Positions 47,855 through 57,062 are shown, numbered from the stretch's first letter. The stretch: 64,000 nt of DNA from Cenarchaeum sp. (GCA_965242695.1 CBDESU010000001.1:448001-512000); one strand, 5' to 3'. The notes: generated from the sequence alone by a model not told the origin. A program made the numbers and translations.

Positions 47855-47998
47855 ATGCGCGGGTGCGAGTGCGGCATATGCCACCACTTTTCAGAGGCCG
47901 AGTGCCTCGACAAGGAGTGCAAGTGCTGCATAAACTTCCACCTCCGGTCCGGCCCAAAGTCCGAGACGCACGGCGGCGCGCCGCCCGGCGGGGACTAG
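47855..47998 (+). CDS. Cys/His-rich microprotein (47 aa)
   Basis: MRGCECGICHHFSEAECLDKECKCCINFH...; ttata box at 47826, 29 nt upstream of the ATG. Confidence 0.7.
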   Translation: MRGCECGICHHFSEAECLDKECKCCINFHLRSGPKSETHGGAPPGGD

Positions 47999-48014
47999 CC
48001 GGGACTAGCAGGGG

Positions 48015-48137
48015 CTAGCCTGCGCCCTGCCGCTGCGGGTCCCTGAAGCAGCTGCACCGCCTGGCCGCGTGCCTGTGGCAGCCGACGAGCCTGTGGTCGG
48101 GGCAGCCGCACAGCACGCACCCCCTCTTTCCTCCCAT
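48015..48137 (-). CDS. Cys/His-rich microprotein (40 aa)
   Basis: MGGKRGCVLCGCPDHRLVGCHRHAARRCSCFRD...; begins 30 nt after the 48167 gene on the same strand. Confidence 0.55.
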   Translation of the reverse strand: MGGKRGCVLCGCPDHRLVGCHRHAARRCSCFRDPQRQGAG

Positions 48138-48166
48138 GGCGCTCCGCCCACCGTACCCCCGGCATT

Positions 48167-48595
48167 TCAGTCTTCCGCAGGCCCGCCGCCGCCGACCTCG
48201 CGCGCCAGCCCCTCGAGCTTTTCCAGGAACCTGCCGGCGTCGTACGACTCGCACATCTTCAGCCTCATGTTGCGCAGCCGCCCGGGATCGTCGGCGTACA
48301 GGCCCGACATGGTGTCGATCTCCCTTGCAAACGAGTACGACTCGGCGTACGCGCGGCACAGCGACGCTATCTCTTCGTACGCCTTTGCGAGCCGGCCGTC
48401 GATGTCCCCGCCCGCCGCCTCGGCCGCCGCGCCGCCGGCCCGCTCGGCAAGAGAGTCGACCAGGCCTATCGTCCTTGCCCACTCCCTCCTCATCACGCCC
48501 AGGTCGCCGGGCCTGCCCTCCAGGGCGCGCACGGCCCGCGCCGACTCTGCGACCTGCCCAATGACGCCGGCAACGTACTCGGCAAACGACGGCAA
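48167..48595 (-). CDS. Hypothetical helical protein (142 aa)
   Basis: Protein-like composition (YAESYSFAREIDTMSGLY); TTG start; AT-rich box upstream. Confidence 0.7.
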   Translation of the reverse strand: MPSFAEYVAGVIGQVAESARAVRALEGRPGDLGVMRREWARTIGLVDSLAERAGGAAAEAAGGDIDGRLAKAYEEIASLCRAYAESYSFAREIDTMSGLYADDPGRLRNMRLKMCESYDAGRFLEKLEGLAREVGGGGPAED

Positions 48596-48768
48596 TCCGG
48601 GCCGGGCGGCCCGCCGCCGCCTTTATTGTCTTGGCGGCGGCCCGCGCGATCGGGGCCTACTGCCCGCCGCCGCCCGCCGCATGCCGCGCGCGCGGGCGCC
48701 TGTCCCGCGCGCCCTTCGCGCCGCCGCCCGCATCCGCGGTTAATATTGCGCGCGCCCCGCGCGCCGGC

Positions 48769-50133
48769 ATGGGAACCGGCGGCGAGGGCGCTTCCGGCAA
48801 GCGCTCTGCGTTCCTGCGGTGCATCGACCCCCGGTGCTCGCGCGAGTACCCCGTCGGCAGCGCGATCGTAGAGTGCGACCGCGGCCACCTGCTCGACGTC
48901 GTATACGAGGAAAAGCCGACCGAGTCGCTAAAGGAGGTGTTCCGCGCAAGGCGCAACCACGGCGGCAACATATTCAACGAGAGCGGCGTGTGGCGGTTCC
49001 GCGAGCTGCTCAACTTCTGCCAGGTCGACGCCGACGACGAGGCCGCATGCGCCTCGTCGCTCGTCTCGCTCGACGGGGCCGAGGGGCGGCAGTCCAAGCC
49101 GTACCGCATGGCCCGCGCGGCCGAGTTCGCCGGGCTGCCGCGCGGCGGCATGTGGCTGCAGCCCGAGGGGTACAACCCGAGCGGCTCGTTCAAGGACAAC
49201 GGCATGGCGACTGCCGTCACGCACGCCAAGATGGTCGGCGCGACGCGCATAGTGTGCGCCTCGACGGGCAACACGTCGGCGTCGGCCGGCATGTTCGCGG
49301 CCAACGAGGGGATCGACTGCGACGTGTACATACCGGCCGGCCAGATAGCGCCGGGCAAGCTCGCGCAGGCGTACCAGTTCGGCGCGCAGATCGTCCAGGT
49401 CGACGGCAACTTTGACGACGCCTTCCGGCGGTCGCTCGACGACGCGCGGCGCGGCGGCGGCTACACGGTAAACTCGGTCAACCCGTTCCGCATAGAGGGG
49501 CAGAAGACCATACCCTTCAGGGCGCTAGAGTACCTGGACTGGGAGCCGCCCGACTGGATCGTATACCCGGGCGGGGCCTTGGGCAACGCGTCGAGCTGCG
49601 GCAAGGCGCTTGCCGAGCTTGCCGAGTGGGGTTGGATAAAAAAGGTGCCGCGCATCGCCGTAGTCAACGCCGACGGAGCGAGCACGCTCGCCGACCTGTA
49701 CAACGGCGCGTCCGGGACGGGGCTGCTGCGGTGGAACGGCGGGCGCCCCGACCTTGCCGCCATACGCGAGTACTATGCGGACGCCGACCGGCGCGGGCTG
49801 CGGCCGCGAACGGATGCGACAGCGATACAGATCGGCAGGCCCGCGAACCTGCTCAAGGCCCTGCGCGCCCTCGAGCTCACGAACGGCATCGTCACGACCG
49901 TCTCGGACAGGGAGATGCTCGACGGCATGTCCGTCGTCGGCCTCAACGGGTTCGACTGCGAGATGGCGTCGGGCGCCTCGCCGGCCGGGGTCAAAAAGCT
50001 CGTCGCCGAGGGGGTCGTCGCGCGCGACGATGCCGTCGTGTGCATCCTGACGGGGCGCCAAAAGGACGCAATGCTGCCCGTCGAGTACCACAACGACGCG
50101 TCGAACACGTTTGCGAGGCCGCCGCGCCGGTGA
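48769..50133 (+). CDS. thrC: Threonine synthase
   Basis: N-terminal Zn-ribbon, EGYNPSGSFKDNG (PLP lysine), CASTGNTSAS, NSVNPFRIEGQKT; ttaata box 29 nt upstream. Confidence 0.95.
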   Translation: MGTGGEGASGKRSAFLRCIDPRCSREYPVGSAIVECDRGHLLDVVYEEKPTESLKEVFRARRNHGGNIFNESGVWRFRELLNFCQVDADDEAACASSLVSLDGAEGRQSKPYRMARAAEFAGLPRGGMWLQPEGYNPSGSFKDNGMATAVTHAKMVGATRIVCASTGNTSASAGMFAANEGIDCDVYIPAGQIAPGKLAQAYQFGAQIVQVDGNFDDAFRRSLDDARRGGGYTVNSVNPFRIEGQKTIPFRALEYLDWEPPDWIVYPGGALGNASSCGKALAELAEWGWIKKVPRIAVVNADGASTLADLYNGASGTGLLRWNGGRPDLAAIREYYADADRRGLRPRTDATAIQIGRPANLLKALRALELTNGIVTTVSDREMLDGMSVVGLNGFDCEMASGASPAGVKKLVAEGVVARDDAVVCILTGRQKDAMLPVEYHNDASNTFARPPRR

Positions 50134-50391
50134 GAGCAGCGCGCCTGCGGGCCCAGTGCGGGCGGGGGTATTTCTTCATACCTGCACACTGTAACCCCGG
50201 CGCAATCCCTGCTGTTTTGGACCACAAGCATGCAGTCTTGAACAATTTTGCAATTATGTGGTTTATTTAACCGGATCTCCTCGCAAACGTGCGATTTTGC
50301 CCTAAAAACTGAGCCGGTTGGCCCGAACCGACTCGGATCGCGTACACGACCACAAGTCACTTTTATATGCAAGCAGCAGCGTGGCCCATCA

Positions 50392-50787
50392 ATGGAAAAG
50401 GATTCGGTAGAACTAGCGCCGGGCAAGCTTGGCTGCCCTGACTGCAGGTATCCTCTCGTACCGGGCCTCACGCCGTTTTACTACAAGGGCGACAAGTTGG
50501 GCGCTTTTGACGGCATTGTCTGCGAGATGTGCGGCTATGGGCTGCTAACGGAGAAGGGGTACGAGGACACGGGCAAGGCTATCGAGACGTGGGATCGCAA
50601 CTCGTTGCTATACGAGACCGAGATCGACGTGGTGGTCAAGTATGTCTCGAATGCGGCCAAAACATCACTGGTGGGACTCGACAGCCCTGTCGAGACGGAG
50701 AGAGTATCCACCACTGCTCAGTCTGAAATACTGTTGCCGCCTATCAGTTCGACAAAACGCATACGGATCTTGTTCAAGCCTGCCTAG
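50392..50787 (+). CDS. Zinc-ribbon protein (YgiT/MqsA N-terminal-like), lower GC
   Basis: CPDC...CEMCG; strong ttttata box at 50361. Confidence 0.7.
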   Translation: MEKDSVELAPGKLGCPDCRYPLVPGLTPFYYKGDKLGAFDGIVCEMCGYGLLTEKGYEDTGKAIETWDRNSLLYETEIDVVVKYVSNAAKTSLVGLDSPVETERVSTTAQSEILLPPISSTKRIRILFKPA

Positions 50788-51408
50788 AAGACGCCTTCCC
50801 CGAGCACCAGCCTGCGGGAACCGCCGGCAGAGGCGGGTCTGGACGCGTGCGGCAAATCTCTGGATCATTTACATCCTGCCAGCCCGCGCACCGAGACGGT
50901 GCGGGACAAGATGGCCCGATGGATGGCGGCCGCAGCGTCGACGCCGCCCCGCCGGCCGCCCTAGTCATACGCGCACCCTTCTGGTTGCGCACCGGCCTTT
51001 CCTGCCGCGGCTGCAAGACGCTTTCGGGCGGGCGGGGCGGGGCCAGATCTGCGCGCACCGGAGGCGCCGCATCTGGCGGCACGCCGAGGCGATGCGGAAG
51101 TGGACAGATGGATGCCTGTCCTGCTCAAGGGCCAGACCAGACGGGCGCTGTGGCAGCGGTCGGTGCTGAAGGTGCGGGCGCCGCCGTGCCGGGCTGCACC
51201 GGGCGACGGGCTGCGGCGCAGGGGCGTTGCCGCCCCGCCGCCTCCAGCCGCGACTGCGCGCTGCCAGTCCCTGTGCTACGGGCGGCGGCGCAGGGCGGCG
51301 CAGGACGTGCAAGATCGGCGGCGGGATCCGACAGGACACGCGCCGCGCGCGACGCCGCCCATGAAGGGTTAAATTCGCGCCGCCCCGCGCCGCGCGCATG
51401 TCCGCTGC

Positions 51409-53088
51409 GTGCAGGGGGGGCGGCCGTCCGTGCGCGACAAGATAGGCATAGTCCTCAACAGGCTCACCATCGGGTTTACGTTCGCGTTCATCTACCAGTT
51501 CATCGTCGGCATCGCCACCTCGATCATGATGATCCCGCTCACTGGAAACCTCCAGGACCTGATCAGCGGCATAAAGCACATCGAGTCTGGCCTCGGCGAG
51601 GCGTTCATCGCGTGGTGGGTCGTCTCTACGATGATCATCACTGCCGTGGCCCTGCTCATACTGCGGTTCAAGAAGCAGCTCTCGCCGTACAAGGGCGAGA
51701 AGGACATCGACGTGCCGCCGCGCATAACGCCGCTCACGGCCCTCATCGTCGGCGGGACCGTCTCGTTCCTGTTCTTCATGCTCGATGTCATACTCGGCGC
51801 GATAGTGCCGACCGACGAGTTCACCGACGTCGAGGCGATCTACCAGGCCGCGCTGCACGGCAACTTCGTCCCCCTTGCCATGAGCCTCGTGTTCTCGTTC
51901 GTGGCCGGCTCGATCCTCGTCGGAATAGTCGGGCGCACGGCGCACGTAAAGGCGATCGCCGAGGATGCCGGCCTGTCCCGCGTCGCATCGTCGCTAGGCA
52001 AGCGCATAAAGAAGGGCGGGGACGGCGGCGGGGAGGCGCGCACGACCGCCGATACGGTCGGCATGGCGCCCGGCGCGCTCGTCCACATCGGCGAGAAAAA
52101 GGTCGACAAGGTGACGTTCGAGGTGTTCACGTACGACAAAAACGATGTCGACGAGGCCAGGCCCGGGACGATCGAGGAGTGCCTCGCGACGATCCGCGAG
52201 GGGCGGACGTCCTGGATAAACGTCACGGGAATACACGAGGCCGACGTCATAAAGGCGTTCGGCGAGCGGTTCGACCTGCACGAGCTCGTCCAGGCCGACA
52301 TCATGAACACCGAGCAGCGCCCAAAGGCCGACCTCGTCGGCGACAACGTCTTCCTCGTGCTAAAGCTGCCGCACTTTGACGCCAAGACGGGCAGGCTCGC
52401 AATAGAGCAGATCAGCCTCGTGGCCGGCCGCGGCTACCTCTTGTCGTTCCAAGAGGTGCCGAGCGACGTGTTCGGGCGCATCCGCAAGCGGCTGCGCGCG
52501 GGGGGGCCCGTCATACGGCAGCACGACAGCGACTACATGGCGTACCTGCTCGCCGACGCCATAATAGACAGCTTCTTCGCGGCCCTCGAGAACGTCGGCG
52601 ACGTCATTGACGGCCTCGAGGAGCGGCTCATGGGCGACCCGGGCCCGTCGGCGCTCCAGACGATATACCTGCTCAAGCGGCAGCTGATCATACTGCGCAA
52701 GATCATCTGGCCGTCGCGCGAGGCCGTCGACGCGTTCTCAAAGCTGCCGCAGCCGTTCGTCTCGGAGGATACAAAGACGTACCTCAAGGACGCCTACGGC
52801 CACGCGGTGCAGGCGATGGACACGACCGAGTCGCTGCGCGACATGGTCGGCGGCATGCTCGACACGTACATGTCCATAGTCGGCAACCGCATGAACGAGG
52901 TCATGAAGACGCTCACGATAATCGCGAGCATCTTCATACCGATCACGTTCATCGCGGGCCTGTACGGGACGAACTTTCCGTACGTGCCCGAGCTCGAGAT
53001 ACAGTGGGGATACTTTGGGATGCTCGGCGTCATGGGGGCCATCAGCGTGCTGATGGTCCTGTGGTTCAGGCGCAAAAAGTGGATGTAG
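51409..53088 (+). CDS. corA: CorA-family Mg/Co transporter with extra N-terminal membrane domain
   Basis: WINVTG, FDLHELVQADI..EQRPK, MNEVMKTLTII, YGTNF..PEL..WGY; about 190 hydrophobic N-terminal residues. Start uncertain (51409/51430). Confidence 0.92.
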   Translation: MQGGRPSVRDKIGIVLNRLTIGFTFAFIYQFIVGIATSIMMIPLTGNLQDLISGIKHIESGLGEAFIAWWVVSTMIITAVALLILRFKKQLSPYKGEKDIDVPPRITPLTALIVGGTVSFLFFMLDVILGAIVPTDEFTDVEAIYQAALHGNFVPLAMSLVFSFVAGSILVGIVGRTAHVKAIAEDAGLSRVASSLGKRIKKGGDGGGEARTTADTVGMAPGALVHIGEKKVDKVTFEVFTYDKNDVDEARPGTIEECLATIREGRTSWINVTGIHEADVIKAFGERFDLHELVQADIMNTEQRPKADLVGDNVFLVLKLPHFDAKTGRLAIEQISLVAGRGYLLSFQEVPSDVFGRIRKRLRAGGPVIRQHDSDYMAYLLADAIIDSFFAALENVGDVIDGLEERLMGDPGPSALQTIYLLKRQLIILRKIIWPSREAVDAFSKLPQPFVSEDTKTYLKDAYGHAVQAMDTTESLRDMVGGMLDTYMSIVGNRMNEVMKTLTIIASIFIPITFIAGLYGTNFPYVPELEIQWGYFGMLGVMGAISVLMVLWFRRKKWM

Positions 53089-53097
53089 TGTGCCGCG

Positions 53098-54099
53098 ATG
53101 GACGGCGTGACTGCAAAGGCGGGCGATGCGGGCGGCGCCCCCGTACGGGGCGGCCGCGGCCGCGCCGCCCTTGCGCGGCTCCACGGCATACTAGAGGGGA
53201 CCGACGGCCGGGCGGCCGTCGCATTCCAGGTCTCGCTAGTCTGCCTCATCTGCGCCAACGTGGCCGTGATGATGGCAGAGACCGAGGACAGCCTCGAGGC
53301 GTACGACGAGGCGTTCATCTTATTCGAGACGTGCTCGATCGTCGTGTTCACGGCCGAGTACGCCGCGCGCCTGCTCTCGTCGGGGGCGGACCCGAGGTAC
53401 GCGGGGCGGCGGTGGGCGCGCGCCAGGTGCGCGGCCAACCCGATGATGCTCATAGACCTGGCCGCCATACTGCCGTTCTACCTGCCGCTCGTGCTCATCG
53501 ACATACGGTTCATCCGGGTGGTGCGCCTGCTGCGCCTGTTCGGGATGTTCAAGCTTGCGCGGTACTCGGAGCCGCTGCAGACGCTCGGCTACGTGTTCAG
53601 ATCGAAGATGGGCGACCTGGCCGTCGCGTTCTTCATATTCTTCATCGTGCTCGTGTTCGCGTCTAGCCTGATGTACTATGCCGAGAACGAGGCGCAGCCC
53701 GGGGTGTTCTCGAGCATACCCGCATCCATGTGGTGGGGGATAGTGACGCTCACCACGATAGGGTACGGCGACACGTACCCCGTGACGCCGGCCGGCAAGG
53801 CCATAGGGGCGGCCGTCGCAGTCGTCGGGCTTGCCATATACGCAATCCCGCTCGGCATAATGGCGTCGGCATTCACCGAGGAGCTGCGGCGGCAGAGGGT
53901 CGAGGCCGAGGGGCGGCCGCGGAGGGGGCTGCGCGGGGGGATCATCGGGATCGGGCGCGGCGGCGGCGGCGCGCGGGAGCAGGGGGGCGGCGGCTCCTCT
54001 CCGTCCCGCTGCCCCCACTGCGGCCACGAGATTGGCGGCGGCGCGCGGGAGCAGGGGGGCGGGGGCGGCCGCGGCGGCGATGCGCCGCCTGTTTCCTGA
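53098..54099 (+). CDS. Voltage-gated-type 6-TM potassium channel
   Basis: TTIGYGD filter (53752-53772), S4-like RFIRVVRLLRLF, C-terminal CPHCG. Confidence 0.93.
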   Translation: MDGVTAKAGDAGGAPVRGGRGRAALARLHGILEGTDGRAAVAFQVSLVCLICANVAVMMAETEDSLEAYDEAFILFETCSIVVFTAEYAARLLSSGADPRYAGRRWARARCAANPMMLIDLAAILPFYLPLVLIDIRFIRVVRLLRLFGMFKLARYSEPLQTLGYVFRSKMGDLAVAFFIFFIVLVFASSLMYYAENEAQPGVFSSIPASMWWGIVTLTTIGYGDTYPVTPAGKAIGAAVAVVGLAIYAIPLGIMASAFTEELRRQRVEAEGRPRRGLRGGIIGIGRGGGGAREQGGGGSSPSRCPHCGHEIGGGAREQGGGGGRGGDAPPVS

Positions 54100-54511
54100 T
54101 CGTCCGGCCGCCGGGTCGCGTTTGTCCGCGCCCGATGCACAGATGCCGTGTCCCTGCCGCCGGCCGGCTGTGCGGCATGCCTTTTCCGGTTTCCGTGGAG
54201 GGGGTAGGGGGCGGGAGCGGGAGTGGCCTGCGGCGGGCCTGGGCCATGCCGCCTCTTTTGTAGCCGCGGCTGCACTGGCGTTTTTCAGGCGCAAAGCCTT
54301 GTCAGCAAAAGGATGCGGGCGCCCTGCCGGAACCCTGCGCCCGGTTGCACGCCCTGCCGACATTTGCCGGCCGCCAGGCTGTCCCGCGCCGCATGCGCGG
54401 GCCGTGTGCGGTTGGCAAGGGGCCTGGCCTTGCGTGCCGCCTGCCGGCCGCGCGAGGTGCCCGGACGACCGGCATGCTTGAGCGCGGGTGCGCGGGACGG
54501 CGCCCGTGGCA

Positions 54512-54955
54512 GTGTGGCGCGTCCATGTCGACACATGGGGGATCGTAGAGGTGATCGGCGGGGGCAAGCACGCGGCCCGCGTCGAGTCGATACTGCGGCA
54601 GAGCGGGCCCGACTCCTACCTGCTGGTCGTCTCGCAGGCTGCGCTGGGCGAGGCGGCCGCCGTCGTACTGCGGCGCGGGCCTGACGCCGCGCGGCTGCTC
54701 GACGCCATGTTCGCACTGCTCTCGGACTGTAGGGTGGATCCCGGCAGCTGCATGCCGCCCGTCGACGCGGCAGTACTTGCCATCATCAACGAACTGGTTT
54801 GGGTGGTTCCAGAGCTGGACATGACGGACAGGATAATACTCGCCATAGCCTTGGCCGACACGAACTCTTCATTCCTCATAACCAGAGACAGAAAACTGGT
54901 CAACAACCCTGCAATTGTACTCTACGAGAAAAGGCTGAGATCCTTGGGACGGTGA
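54512..54955 (+). CDS. PIN-domain (VapC-like) nuclease, copy 2, probably C-terminally truncated by premature TGA
   Basis: VHVDT...ALGE...MTDRIILAIA...LITRDRKL acidic PIN tetrad; homology to copy 1 continues past the stop to 55006. Confidence 0.8.
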   Translation: MWRVHVDTWGIVEVIGGGKHAARVESILRQSGPDSYLLVVSQAALGEAAAVVLRRGPDAARLLDAMFALLSDCRVDPGSCMPPVDAAVLAIINELVWVVPELDMTDRIILAIALADTNSSFLITRDRKLVNNPAIVLYEKRLRSLGR

Positions 54956-54974
54956 AACACCAAGCTTACGATCA

Positions 54975-55562
54975 TCAATCCTTTCGAATCATCCCTCTCA
55001 TATTGATCTCGTCGAACGCGTCGTCTACGGCACTGCGGCTGGGCCCTATCATGTCCTTGATCTTGCCCTTCATCCAGTTCATGTCTTTTCTGTATTCTAT
55101 GTTCATGTCGAGGAGCGTCACTGCCGCGCACATCCACTCGGCGCTCCTGCCGGACACGAGGTCGAGGAACTCGCCTGTCCTGAACGAGGCGGGCATGTCC
55201 GGAGCGGCCGCCTCGTACACGGAGCTGTCCTCGTCGGAGAGCCTGTATATCCCGTTGGCCATCTCGTCGGAGACCGGCCCGTTGCTGAACGATGCGAACT
55301 CGAACCCCATGTCGAGGCCGTGGTACAGGGCCAGAAAGGCGCACTGCTCTATCCTGTCGACGACTACAAGGCCCTCCTCGCCGGGGGGCAGCGGCGGCCC
55401 GAACCTGACGATGCCGTTCGATGCGAGGAACCTTATGAAGCGGGCGAGCGGCGGCAGCATCTCGGGGCGAGCCTTCATGCCGATCATGGCGAGGCGCTCG
55501 CTGCGCGACAGGCGCGAGCGGTACTGGACACGGGCCGGCAGCATTGCCGCTGAGAGGGCCAT
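54975..55562 (-). CDS. YwgA/DUF4065 (Panacea)-like protein, putative antitoxin, copy 2
   Basis: Colinear with 34244..34834 (MIGMKARPExLPPLARFIR, GLDMGF, GP, SFR...GRS..W); cttatt box upstream. Family call is tentative. Confidence 0.7.
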   Translation of the reverse strand: MALSAAMLPARVQYRSRLSRSERLAMIGMKARPEMLPPLARFIRFLASNGIVRFGPPLPPGEEGLVVVDRIEQCAFLALYHGLDMGFEFASFSNGPVSDEMANGIYRLSDEDSSVYEAAAPDMPASFRTGEFLDLVSGRSAEWMCAAVTLLDMNIEYRKDMNWMKGKIKDMIGPSRSAVDDAFDEINMRGMIRKD

Positions 55563-55757
55563 GGACGGCCCGCCGCAGAGGGCGCAATAAGGATTTGCGC
55601 GCCGTGCGAGGCCCTGAACGTGGGCCGCGCGCCGAACGGGAGAGCCCAGTCCGGCGGGCGCGGCGCCCGAGCGCGGGGCATTCCCCGCCCCGAGCGGGGC
55701 GCGCCCGCCGCGCCGGGGCGCGTACGTTATTATCGATCCCGCTGCGGCGCGCGGCGC

Positions 55758-56687
55758 ATGGACGACATCATAGAGGCCGGCTCCGACGTGCTGTTCTACT
55801 TCAACCGCACGAAGAAGTGGCTGGCCCGCGTCGCAGAGGGCGGCAGCCTCCACACGCACATCGGCGTCATACCGCACAACGGCGCAATCGGAAAGGAGTA
55901 CGGCTCGCGCCTCGTGACCAACAAGGAAAAGTACGTGTACCTGCTCCGCCCGACCTCTTACGACTATACGATGAAGATCGAGCACGGCACGCAGATCATA
56001 TACCCAAAGGACCTCGGGTACATCGTCTCGCGCGCCGGCATACGGAACGGCCACAAGATCGTCGAGATCGGGACGGGCAGCGGGGCGCTCACGTCGTTCC
56101 TGGCGGGGATCGTGGGGCCGCGCGGCCGCATCCACACGTTCGACGTGCGCGAGGACCTCATGCGCATCGCCGAGCGGAACATACGGCGGGCCGGCATGGA
56201 AAAGCGCGTCGCCATGAAGAACATGGACGTTCGGGATGCGGCGCGCGCGCCGGTCACGGGCGCCGATGCGGCCATCATCGACCTCGGGGACCCGTGGACG
56301 GCCGTGCCGCAGGCGCGCCGCATGCTGCGCGGGAGCGGCGCGCTCGTGGCCGTCTGCCCGACCGTCAACCAGCTCGAAAAGCTGTCCGCCGCGCTGGTCG
56401 ACAACGAGTTCACCGACATCGAGTGCTCCGAGCACATACTGCGCCCGATCGAGGCGCGCGAGGGCAAGACCCGCCACTCCTTCCAGCCGATCGGGCACAC
56501 CGCGTACCTGTGCTTTGCGCGCAAGGCCGACTTTGGGCGCCGGCGTAGCGCGGACGGCGACGACGGCGATCGCGGCGCGGACGACACGGACGGCGACGAC
56601 GGCGGCGGGGGCGACGACGGCGGCGGCGATCGCGGCGCGGACGACACGGGCGACGACGCCAATGCCGGCCCTCCCGACGGCGGCTAG
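55758..56687 (+). CDS. trmI: tRNA (adenine-N1)-methyltransferase with Asp/Gly repeat tail
   Basis: TQIIYPKD, VEIGTGSGALT, IDLGDPW, GHTAYL motifs. Confidence 0.93.
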   Translation: MDDIIEAGSDVLFYFNRTKKWLARVAEGGSLHTHIGVIPHNGAIGKEYGSRLVTNKEKYVYLLRPTSYDYTMKIEHGTQIIYPKDLGYIVSRAGIRNGHKIVEIGTGSGALTSFLAGIVGPRGRIHTFDVREDLMRIAERNIRRAGMEKRVAMKNMDVRDAARAPVTGADAAIIDLGDPWTAVPQARRMLRGSGALVAVCPTVNQLEKLSAALVDNEFTDIECSEHILRPIEAREGKTRHSFQPIGHTAYLCFARKADFGRRRSADGDDGDRGADDTDGDDGGGGDDGGGDRGADDTGDDANAGPPDGG

Positions 56688-56776
56688 CCGGCGCATGCCG
56701 CGCCCTGTCCTGACCCAGCCGCGCCCGCGCGCGGCCCCATGGCAAGTGATTTAAACGCCCGTGGGGTGCGCCCTTC

Positions 56777-57034
56777 ATGGGCAACGTAGTTCGAGTCGGC
56801 GGCAGGGGCACCTCCCGCCGCGTGACCTCGGAGGAAAAGGACAACTGGACCGGCGAGGGATACCGCAAGTACTCTGACAACCGCAAGGAGGCGGCCAAGG
56901 ACGTGTACGTCTCGATCGGCAGGGGGACCAGAAAGATCCGCCTCGGGGACATCGCCGAGACCAAGGGCCGGCCTTCCGGCAAGGGCCTCTACATCGGGAC
57001 CGGCCGCGGCACGGGCCGGCGCAAGGTCGAGTGA
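56777..57034 (+). CDS. 85-aa basic protein with three GRGT motifs, copy B
   Basis: Paralogue of 46834..47091; gatttaaa box at 56748; T-rich tract downstream. Confidence 0.85.
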   Translation: MGNVVRVGGRGTSRRVTSEEKDNWTGEGYRKYSDNRKEAAKDVYVSIGRGTRKIRLGDIAETKGRPSGKGLYIGTGRGTGRRKVE

Positions 57035-57048
57035 CCGGGCGCCGCCCA

Positions 57049-57062
57049 CTTTTCATCTTTTT
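57049..57062 (+). terminator. T-rich archaeal-type terminator candidate
   Basis: cttttcatcttttt 15 nt after the stop of 56777..57034. Confidence 0.5.

Noticed and set aside
50790-51360. Possible RNase P or SRP RNA in the long intergenic region
   Set aside because: Conserved RNase P and SRP helix-8 motifs were not found by eye; a covariance-model search would be needed.
55563-56696. N-terminal 378 aa of ORF 54975..56696
   Set aside because: Antisense shadow of trmI; paralogy with copy 1 starts at ATG 55562.
34244-57034. Single large inverted duplication explaining both duplicated modules
   Set aside because: The two pairs are not nested or colinear, flanks are not similar, and divergence levels differ.
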